From the NCBI GenBank assembly GCA_002269645.1, contig NIVC01004935.1, forward strand, positions 1 through 30,924: a stretch of DNA of 30,924 bases, read 5' to 3'. The position numbers were made by a program, and so were the translations under genes. The DNA comes from Macrostomum lignano (taxonomy: Eukaryota). How positions within the stretch are numbered: the stretch's first letter is position 1; each line of letters starts with the position of its first letter. The notes beneath the pieces were generated by a model. The model did no database searches. It saw only the letters and a list, made by a program, of their open reading frames with translations, and was not told where the DNA came from. Of the stretch, positions 1 through 8,882 are shown piece after piece.

Positions 1-376
1 TTTACCTGATTTCTATAACGATTACCTTTTTATGACAGATTGGCTTGCCCATTCTTGATTAGGCTAGACCTATTAAAGTGGATGCCGGTTTTCGAATCAT
101 TTCCTTGCCTAAAATGTATTAATTCTGCTGTACTGTCAAAATGTTGACATTTGAAGTTGAAGTTAAAGCCTACAAGTAAATCATCTTGTACTTAAGTCTA
201 TGTTGGACTTATCAATTCATCAAAAATAAAAAATAAAAAAGGTTTAAAGCCCATTCATATCCATCCATCTTACTCTAAAGTTTATGTAAGACCTTTAAAG
301 TAAAAAAAAATTAAAATACAAAAAATGCACTAGGTAAATTATTATTTGCACTTCCCTCCCCACTTTTTGACTGAGT

Positions 377-1200
377 ATGTCTTACCAGATCTATTCTGAT
401 TGGAGTTGTTTCAATCTACTCTCATTTCAGCTTCGAATCTGCAACTTCAACGAGGAGAGTAAGAAGCTGTTACCAGCATCTGGGCTCTCCCTCGCCGAAT
501 TAAGAACTAAGGGCTGCACTAAATTAGGCATAGAAGATGCTGAAAACGTGCGCATCGTTACAGCCGACGGGTTCGAAATCGACGATGACGAAATTATAGC
601 GGAGGTAGCTAAAGAAGGAGGGAAATTTTTTTCTCCTTCAAGGTGAACTGGTCCCAGTGCCACCTAGTCAATTGCTGCCTGAACCGTCCACTGTGTCTAA
701 AGTGGATCGGACACCGGATGCAGTGAACATAGCTGCAGCATCTGATCTGACAGTATTAGTGACACCCAATCGAGTCCAGCAAACCCCAGCCGATACTTTG
801 ATGGCGTGGCCTGCGGTGTACTCGCTTCCTCGTATGGATTTCCTTAGCGATGCTCTTTGCGAACTTCGAATGCACCCTGATAAGGGTGTGGATTTCAAGC
901 TGAACTCAGCATTTGTTAATAAGTTCCTAAAGTTTATTGTCGACGACGTCACCTCGAAGTATTTGTCACCAACTAATCCGTACCTATCATCGAGCCAATT
1001 AACGGACATCTGTACGGCAATCATCACCTCGTATCGTGGCTTAAAAGACCGGTCTCAGGATGGGAGCTCAAGCTTTTGGCGTACGAAGGTTATTCGCCGG
1101 TTCAAAGAACTTCGATTCGTTGGTAATTTTGCCGACAAAGACAGTCCCATCATGCAATCCAGACGTCAAAAGCACGGGCGGAAGAAGGTGAAGATTACCA
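377..1200 (+). pseudogene. CIDE-N-like (ubiquitin-fold) domain fused to a helical domain resembling SAMD3-like/transposon-associated proteins; split by a +1 frameshift and interrupted at the 3' end
   Basis: ORF 377-646 has RICN..KK..A..L.EL..K...KLGI....RIVT.DG.EIDDD, matching the CIDE-N pattern by eye. Removing one T from the T7 run at 626-632 joins it to ORF 657-1271 (KFFLLQGELVPVPPSQ...AIITSYRGLKD...FWRTKVIRRFKELR). Possible splice acceptor ctcatttcag ends at 430. Confidence 0.5.
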
Positions 1201-1836
1201 GCAGTGCCGGTCTGAGTGGAGTTTTGGGGCATCAAAACTGGCCCAAAGTTTTGGCCTGGCAATTGAATTAGGTGACTGCATACTAATCTCGGTATACCAA
1301 CCAGTCAAAGGCGTCGAAGGCTACGACAAGAAAACCTCAGAAATACGGAATGAACTCGAAAGACTCATGACAAAGGTAGGACAAAAGAAGGCCATTTTCA
1401 TCGGGGCGACTTCAATGCATCAGTAGGAAGCAACAATACAAGAATGAACCCGAAATCTGGAACCCCGTTCACCTGCATAGGAAAATGCAACATGCAAACG
1501 GCTAACGAACAAGGAATATATTTAATGCTGTGGATGGAAGAGTGGAACCTGGTATGGACAAGCTCCTTCTTCAAGCAAAAGTAGGGGCACTTGGAAACAC
1601 CCAAAAACGAAGAGATGGTACGAACTGGACGGTTTCCTGGTAAGAAAAGACCAGAGGCACAAGACCGTGAGAAAAGTGTACACGGACCACAGCCCGAACC
1701 TATCAGATCACCTACCGAAGGTCTTTTGGATACACCCGAACTTGACAAACAAATCAAGAAGATCATCAAGAAGAACAAGGCGACAGCGATAAAGAAGCAA
1801 AAGAGGAAGAGGATCCAGTGGGAAAAACTAATTTAA
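1200..1836 (+). mobile_element. Fragment of an RTE-clade-like non-LTR retrotransposon: C-terminal half of the apurinic-like endonuclease
   Basis: Frame-hopping translation gives ILISVYQP...IFIG-GDFNASVG...NEQG..L...W..SFFK...GTWKHPKTKRWYELDGFLV...SDHLPKV. GDFNA, TWxHP, xDxxLV and SDH are APE motifs; TWxHP is typical of RTE-type ORFs. Confidence 0.75.
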
Positions 1837-2294
1837 TCAGGTCAGATATGCGAAGCCAAGCTGTTGCTGCTGGAGTTGCAACCAAACTTACTGATGCGCA
1901 AATTGCCTAAAATTTGATTCTAGAGCACTCTGCTCAGCCATTTCCAGTATTCATCAACGTTCAATGAGGCTTTTTAAGTTAAACTAGAGTAGTAGGGAAG
2001 ATATGCTTTTGCCCTACTGTCAGTAGTTAAAGCCAGGGAAAATATTCATAGTAGCGTTAGATCGCAAATTTGCGGCTTTCTTATAATTATTGATAAGTTC
2101 TTTGTTGTTTTCCTTTATTCTGGTTGCTGGTTGCCTTGGTAACCAACAAGCTTTAAAGTATTGAGATACTACAGGTATCCACAGTGTGGGCCTTCGGGTA
2201 TCTCTTGCTTCACTGCGAGTTGGCATCTGGGGTGGCCACCTACCTGGCGTCCGGCACCGGCTTCTGCTGCAGCATCGCTCTTCGAGCAGGCACT

Positions 2295-2400
2295 TCTCGG
2301 CGGCTCTCGGCTCTCGGCGACTCTCGGCGACTTTTGGCGGCTCGGCTCGACGGCTCGGTCAGGCGGCTCGGCGGCTCGGCGGCGGCGGCGGCTCGGCGGC
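2295..2400 (+). repeat. GC-rich (CGGCT/CGG)n-type microsatellite in the 5' UTR of copy 1
   Basis: Repeated ctcggcgg/cggctcgg units. A similar tract lies at 12605-12655 in the copy 3 leader. Confidence 0.85.
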
Positions 2401-2672
2401 TCAGCTGCGGCTTCAGGCGGCGCCAGGCTTCGCCCAGCGGTCTGCAACCGGCCGGCCGGCGGCGCACGACTTCTGCAACGAGGCGCCAGGAAGCTGCTGT
2501 TTAGGTTTTTCAGTAGCGTAATAGAATAAGGACATTCTCTTGTATTTAGCCGACCTAGGTCTACTTAAAGTAGTATTATTTAAGTTTTAATTTTATTTAT
2601 ACAGTTTTAAGTTTTAAGTTTTAATTTGTTTTAAGGACTTTTCTTGTATCTTGGCCACTGTTTTAAAGGCCT

Positions 2673-5441
2673 ATGGAAATCGAAATTAATAGCAAACGGT
2701 GCTCACGAGACACTGACTCGCCGCCGACGGTGTCGACCAAGAAGGTGAACAACCGAGACTCTGCCGGCCCTGTCCGCAGATCCGAACAACGAACCATGCT
2801 GTCTCCGTCAAACGCGCCACTGCCAGAAACTCCACCTGGTACCTCAAAAGGTGAGCTGCCTCCTTCTAAAAGGGGTAGTCTAGAAGTCATGAAAGCTGAA
2901 GGTGTAACAACAATTATTAGACTACCAAAACCAGACAAATCAGACAGCAAATCATACAATCTACCAAATAATTGCAACATTAGTTACCATCCATCGGCTC
3001 TAAAAAATTGCGACAATCAAATTTTGAAAATTCTCGTTGACGAGATTCAGGCGAAAGCCTTTCACCACCACACCAACGGTAGACCGGAAGCCCGGAAAAT
3101 CGTTTGGTTTGGACCAGAGTACACCTATGGTGGTACTAAAATTAGTGCCAATGACAACTGGCATCCCCTTGTCACTAGCCTAGCCACCTGGCTCAGAGTC
3201 GAGTACCAGCTTCCCGTCTTCAACTCATGTTTGATCAATTTCTACAAAGACGGATCGATCAACATCCCCTGGCACTCTGATGACGAGGTAGAGTTAGGGC
3301 CTAACCCGACTATCGCATCCATCTCGATTGGCGCAACGCGCGACTTCCACATGCGCCCCAAAGGCTCAACTAACATCGCATGGTCTCAAAGACTCGCCAG
3401 TGGCTCGCTGCTGGTAATGAGCGGTGCAACACAATCGCACCTTCAACACGCGGTCCTCAAAGACCCCAAAGTCAAAGAGCTCAGAGTCAACCTCACGTTT
3501 AGACTTACGCACGATGCTAGGATCCCGGAAGAACTTCCTGTCTCTGACCAGGCAAATCCTTGTATCCAACCAGTCGACAACAGCATCACTTGCGATCTTG
3601 ATGATGAAGACTCGGTTCGCCGACGGGCAGAGCTGGAAGCGGAAAATTTAAGACGAATTAGATCGCGTTCAAACAGTAGCACGGGGCGCAAACCTAGCAG
3701 TCAGCAGCCAACCACTCAAATATCTCAACAAAACAACATGCAAATTGCTCACGAACAGCAATCAACCATTAGCAAGCACAACTTGCAGCAACAAGCCAGC
3801 ATGCAAATGCAGCCGCAGCAGCCGCCATCTGACAACTCACAGCAAACGCTCATCCACTTGACGCCGCCGACAACAACACAACAGCAACAACAAACTGAAA
3901 CTAAAACAACCTGCAATAGCCAACCTAGCCAAACTAGCCAAAATAATCAGCTAAATCAACCTAAAACTCAAAGCCAAACTAGCCAACTTAGCTCTAATCT
4001 AACCAGCCAACCTAACACTGCAAGCAGCAACTATCAACTAAGAACTAATGACAATTCAAAACCTAAAAACTCAGCTCCAGTCATCTTCGAAATTGAGCAT
4101 GAAGGCAAGGATCCCATAAAATTTGAATGGTTTCTAAAAAACAACTTTCCTGAAATTAGAATTAAATCGGTCAAAGATCTGTACCATAGCTCAGGCTACA
4201 TTGTAACTCGAGAACATCCTAAGGATTACAATAAATTACTAACAGCACCACTTAAAACCAACAAAATTAATGAATTTGAAATTACAAGACGCATGGCAGC
4301 CAAGAGGCCAGTAAAACAAGGGGACGATCAGGTGCGTGCACCTCTTAAATCTCCTCAGGTGTACTGTTTCATTGTCAAGCACGTCCCCATTGCGGTGGAC
4401 GCTAAAGAGTTAGCCAAACACCTGGTAGAGTCAGAGCAGCAAATTCCGATTGATGGCGCCGTGCGCATCATCTATAAGGCAACAGGTGAACCATCACCGC
4501 ATGTTCGCCTCTTCACGAAGAGTAAGGGCGCAATGGAGAGATGCATTGAGCACGGCGTCCATCTAGGCTTCAGCAGGTTCAGGTGCGAGGAGTCGATTAA
4601 TCTTCCACCTGTCAAAGCCATCCAGTGCATGAAGTGCCAAAGATTAGGGCACCATGAGAATAAATGCACTGCGTCAGTATACAGATGTAACAAATGCGCA
4701 GGGGAGCACTTCTCAGCCGACTGCCCCAAGGACCGCAAGTTCGAATGCGCCAACTGCGGGGGCGAGCACCCGCAGTTTTCATTTAAATGTCAAAAAATCA
4801 AGGAAGCAAACGAAATTGCAACTAGAAAAGCACACGAAAAAATCAGAGCACAAAGAGAAGAAGCAAAACAAAAACAAAATCAGAACATCTTTGGTAGTCG
4901 GTCCCTAGGGGAGGCTTTTGGGGTACCAGGACCGCTATCCTACGCTGACGCAATGCGACCAATGCGAACTGGACTCATCAAGCCAATCCTGGGTCCTATC
5001 GCGTATTCCAACCGTGCCGCCGCCGCTGCCGCCGCCGCCGCTGCCTCTGCCGCTAGCGATGCCCCACCAGCCGAAGCGCCGGCGAATCGAACTGCTCTGA
5101 CCAATCCGGCGGCAATCCAAATCTCCGCCAACCCGCCCACGCTGCCGGCAGTTGCCTCCGACTCCGTGGCCGCGCCCAATCTAGGAGTTGAAAACGCCAA
5201 TGACACGCGCAAATCAAGTGAGAGGGGCCTAATCTCCCGGATGGGGGTGCTCGAGGTTGTACTTCAGGCACTCACTCGGCTCATGGGCACTAATCCGGGG
5301 CAGATGCTCACTGAATGGGAAGCGGGGCAACTCGCGATCCAGGCAGTGACTGAAGTCCTGGCAGCACTCAGGAATCGAAGGGGACCTGATTCAGGGACAG
5401 GGGACACCGAAGCCGCGCAAGCGGGCGGAGATGAAACCTGA
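2673..5441 (+). CDS. ORF1p: AlkB-like 2OG-Fe(II) dioxygenase, Q/S/T/N-rich linker, gag-like region with three zinc knuckles
   Basis: Uninterrupted 922-aa ORF. AlkB motifs at ~3060-3503. Knuckles CMKCQRLGHHENKC, CNKCAGEHFSADC and CANCGGEHPQFSFKC (CX2CX4HX4C, CX2CX3HX4C, CX2CX3HX6C) at 4626-4790, the arrangement typical of Jockey/I-group ORF1. Confidence 0.92.
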   Translation: MEIEINSKRCSRDTDSPPTVSTKKVNNRDSAGPVRRSEQRTMLSPSNAPLPETPPGTSKGELPPSKRGSLEVMKAEGVTTIIRLPKPDKSDSKSYNLPNNCNISYHPSALKNCDNQILKILVDEIQAKAFHHHTNGRPEARKIVWFGPEYTYGGTKISANDNWHPLVTSLATWLRVEYQLPVFNSCLINFYKDGSINIPWHSDDEVELGPNPTIASISIGATRDFHMRPKGSTNIAWSQRLASGSLLVMSGATQSHLQHAVLKDPKVKELRVNLTFRLTHDARIPEELPVSDQANPCIQPVDNSITCDLDDEDSVRRRAELEAENLRRIRSRSNSSTGRKPSSQQPTTQISQQNNMQIAHEQQSTISKHNLQQQASMQMQPQQPPSDNSQQTLIHLTPPTTTQQQQQTETKTTCNSQPSQTSQNNQLNQPKTQSQTSQLSSNLTSQPNTASSNYQLRTNDNSKPKNSAPVIFEIEHEGKDPIKFEWFLKNNFPEIRIKSVKDLYHSSGYIVTREHPKDYNKLLTAPLKTNKINEFEITRRMAAKRPVKQGDDQVRAPLKSPQVYCFIVKHVPIAVDAKELAKHLVESEQQIPIDGAVRIIYKATGEPSPHVRLFTKSKGAMERCIEHGVHLGFSRFRCEESINLPPVKAIQCMKCQRLGHHENKCTASVYRCNKCAGEHFSADCPKDRKFECANCGGEHPQFSFKCQKIKEANEIATRKAHEKIRAQREEAKQKQNQNIFGSRSLGEAFGVPGPLSYADAMRPMRTGLIKPILGPIAYSNRAAAAAAAAAASAASDAPPAEAPANRTALTNPAAIQISANPPTLPAVASDSVAAPNLGVENANDTRKSSERGLISRMGVLEVVLQALTRLMGTNPGQMLTEWEAGQLAIQAVTEVLAALRNRRGPDSGTGDTEAAQAGGDET
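3000..3510 (+). other. AlkB family (ALKBH2/ALKBH3-like) dioxygenase domain within ORF1
   Basis: RKIVWFG.EYTYGG...FNSCLINFYKDG..IPWHSDDE.ELG..PTIASISIGATRDF...L.SGSLLVMSG.TQ..LQHAV.K....RVNLTFR. HSD His codon at 3273, distal His at 3447, Arg codons at 3483 and 3501. Confidence 0.93.
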
Positions 5442-5472
5442 ACCTGACAATTAAATTACGTTTAGCGTTAAC

Positions 5473-8105
5473 TTGATATCAAATTTCAACTCATCTAATA
5501 ATTCCCCTGATAATAATGGGCCGGGTAAACAGTCTGTTGTGCGGGACACTCTGAACATTGGACATCTCAACTGCAACGGGCTTAGCAACAAATTCTATGA
5601 GATAATATCCTGGATCAACAAAGAAGACTTAGACATTGGGCTTTTCTCTGAAACATGCCTAGAAGAAAAAAACAAATTTCACTTACCAGGGTACGCCACG
5701 CTCCGGTTTGACGTCCCTAACTGTAGAAGAGGACTTGCAGTTGTCTATAAAAATCATTTAGAAATTATGAATGTTGAAAAAAAATTTTGACAACTGCAAC
5801 CACGAGCTTATCAGTTTTGAAGTTCATCTTAAAAATAACAAACTTAAGCAATTTAACGTGGTCCTCTTCTACAGGAACCCGACTCCAACACGGCTTAACA
5901 CCCAACTTCTTGATCATTTATTCTCTAATCCCTCGACCTTAGTTGTCGGGGACTTTAACTGCAACCACCCAGCCCTCGTGGTGACTCCCAAACTAACTAT
6001 CCTGGCAAGCAGCTGTTTGATAGGCTTGACTCGCATCCAAACCCACCAACCATTCTTAACGATTATGGGGACTGTACCAGAGTCAGCTACCGTAGTGGCT
6101 TAGTCCTTAGGAACGTGCTTGATCTAGGAATTTGTTCCCCGGAGCTAATTAAACATACCAGCAACGTTATTGTGGGAGAAGATCTAGATAGCGACCACCT
6201 CCCCATTATCATTAAAATTTATTTAAATCCTAACTGTAAGCTGAGCAAAAAACCCACTAAAAGCTTTTGGAACACTGACTGGGAAACCTTTAGAGGGACC
6301 CTTCAGGATAAACTTAGCAACCAACAGCTTCTCAGTCGCAGATTATCCACACCTGAGGACCTAGACAAAGCGGTTGATCTGCTAAATCAGTGCATTCATG
6401 ACACCATTGAGGATGTTGTACCCAACCGGGACCCTAGGGAACAGCTTCCCCCAGATATTATTAACAAAATTAAGCATAGGAGGAAACTTAGAAAATTATT
6501 CAAAAAAACTAGAATAGACGACTTCAGGGTTCAAGCCAATCAAGCAGCTAAAGAAATTCGAAATGCTATACGTATGCATAGATATAGGAAATTCGAGGAT
6601 CTATGCCACAAAATTGCTAAAACTAGTTACAAAAAGGAACCCAAAAAATTTTGGATTGACATCAAAAAGATGACAGGAGAAAGGTCCAAAATGATCAACT
6701 ATCCCCTTCTAGTCTACAAAGATTCGCATGCCGAGACTGAGGCAGAAAAAGCTTCATTCTTCAGCGACTTTCTTAAAGATCAAATGCAATCTCACCCCAA
6801 CCACGACTCGCTAATCTATGAAAATGTCAGTAAGTACAAAGATCATGAGATCTTCAAAACCCATAACAATATAATTGCGGCACTTTCATACCATAAAGAG
6901 CACGCGAACCCAGATAATCCAGATAAAGAAGATATCGAAAACGATATCCTTAACATTACTGACCAGGACGTGCTCTGGGAAAGCAGAAAACTTAGGTCAG
7001 GAGGAGCTCCCGGTCCGGATAGAATTCCTAACATGGTTTTAAATATTGTCTCGGCCCAGACTCCATCAGAGCGCTCGCAAAAATTTACAACTCTAGTTTT
7101 CTCATAGGATACTTCCCTAAACAATGGAAAAAGGCCATCATTAAGATGATCCCTAAACCAAACAAATCCAAAAATCTCGTGGAAAGCTATAGACCCATCA
7201 GCCTAACCTCCTGTGTTGGCAAACTTTATGAGAAGATTCTAGCTAGAAACCTTAAGATTATCTTAGAAAACCTAGGAATTATTAATGAGGAACAATGTGC
7301 CTACAGATTCGACCACTGCACATATGACAATATAGTAAGACTCACCGACGATGTGCTGAAAATGCTTCAGTTGAGGCAGTACACGTTGGGGGTCTTCTTA
7401 TCATCAAAGGAGCCTTTGATGGAGTCTGGCTGGACTACCTTAAATATAAAATCTGGAAAAGTAAAATCCCGCACAACATGACACGCATTATAGCAAATTA
7501 TCTGGATGACAGATCTGTGGAGCTGGTGGTTGGCGGAGCCCGGGGCGGGGTCTTTCAGCCGACGGCGGGTGTCCCGCAGGGTGGGGTGCTCTCGCCCCTG
7601 CTCTTCATCATCTTCGCCAGCTCTATTCCTAAGCCCACTGATAGCAAAGTCCGCTTTAGTCAGTTCGCTGACGACTTAGCAGTATGGGCCTCTGCCAGAA
7701 AATCTACCATGTCCGCTAAAAGGCTTAACTCCTACTTTATTGTCCTCAAAAAGTGGCTTGACAATTTGGGCATTGTCATCAATCCCTCCAAAAGCAAAGC
7801 CATTTCCTTTTTCAAAGCTAATGGGAACAAGACAGGTATAGACGATCCTCCAATTAAGCTTGGACAAGACAAAATCAAGTACTATGATTCCGTCACCTTC
7901 CTAGGGATGGTTCTTGACAAACAGTTTAACTTTAGGGCCCATATCGACAAGGTAGCTGGGTCTTCGACAGCCAAAATGGCTGCCCTAGCTAGGATAGCTA
8001 AGAACTCCAGGATTTCGCAACTGGCTCTTCGCCTAATCTATAGATCTTACATTGAAAGCACAATGACTTACGGCGCTCCGGTGCTCATCAATCTACTGGC
8101 TTCCC
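5473..8105 (+). pseudogene. ORF2 of copy 1: APE endonuclease plus reverse transcriptase, four frameshifts, 3'-truncated
   Basis: APE motifs GHLNCNG, LFSET, GDFN, SDHLP. RT motifs YRPISLTSCVGKLYEK, KGAFDGVW, GVPQGGVLSPLLF, QFADD (7664-7675). Frameshifts near 5780, 5978, 7048 and 7400. Confidence 0.92.
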
Positions 8106-8109
8106 TTAA

Positions 8110-8880
8110 GCCAACTGCAGTGGTGAGCACACGTCGTATTCTCACAAATGCCCAGTAGCTATTAGGGCACATCGCCTGGCAACTGAAAGGGAGCGCGAGA
8201 GGGTGCACAGTCTACGACAACAGTACGACTACGACTGCTATCAGCAAAACTTACCAGAAGCCTTTCCGAGGCCGCAACAGTTCTCCTACTCTGCAGCAGC
8301 AAGCCGATCAGCTGTGACAAGCCAACTGCCTCCAATGTACAACGCGTGCCCGGCTGGTCCCCCTGCGGCGGTCTCGGCGATGGCCTCTGCAGCGGTTGAC
8401 CCGGCAACCGAGCCTGCATCCCACCCCGCGGCGGTCCAGGCGATGGCCTCCGCGGAGGTCGTCCCGGTACCTGGCCCCTGCAGTGGCTCAGGCGACAGCC
8501 CCTGCAGCGGTGGCCTCAGGCGCGGGGTCAGCATCGACTGTTAACCAGACCGAGCCGGTGACCTACGGACCGAAGGCGAGTTGGGCCAAACCAAATCATG
8601 CGGCCACCAATTATAACCATACCAAAAACAGTAGCTCAAAAATTTACTCACAAACAGATATTCTCAGGCTGGCCATGAGGGCCTTGAGTAGCATCCTGGA
8701 GATGGGCTCGGGCTTCTCTGCGACGCACAGACTGCGGGGGAACTCGCAGTCCACGTTGTCATTGAGGTCCTGGGCTCACTCTCGGAGCTACAGGGTCAGG
8801 GAGCTGATGGTGGGGCAGCTGCATGGTAAGCTGTTCACCTTCAGGCCCCGAACTACTTGTTACCTGAAACTTAAGAGCGC
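8110..8880 (+). pseudogene. C-terminal remnant of copy 2 ORF1 (last knuckle, Ala/Pro-rich repeats, terminal helix)
   Basis: NCSGEHTSYSHKC...AHRLATERERERVH parallels NCGGEHPQFSFKC...ANEIATRKAHEKIR in copy 1. IYSQTDILRLAMRALSSIL parallels LISRMGVLEVVLQALTRLM. One frameshift in between. Confidence 0.75.
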
Positions 8881-8882
8881 GC

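Larger units (their letters stand above)
2190..8105 (+). mobile_element. Non-LTR retrotransposon copy 1 (Jockey/I-group-like) with AlkB-bearing ORF1; 3' end missing
   Basis: GC-rich leader, intact 922-aa ORF1, then frameshifted APE-RT ORF2 that stops at ...YGAPVLINL near 8095. The 5' boundary is approximate. Confidence 0.9.

Noticed and set aside
2161-2529. Several overlapping ORFs on both strands
   Set aside because: They arise from a stop-poor GC-rich microsatellite in the LINE leader and show no domain-like sequence.
3277-3290. Hammerhead ribozyme core CTGATGA (also at ~12968, 22116, 25477)
   Set aside because: All occurrences lie in coding sequence (e.g. SDD/ADD codons) without the required stems and GAAA partner.
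3000-3510. AlkB as an independent host gene into which LINEs inserted
   Set aside because: It is intronless, in frame with gag in copy 1, and in the same position in three divergent copies.
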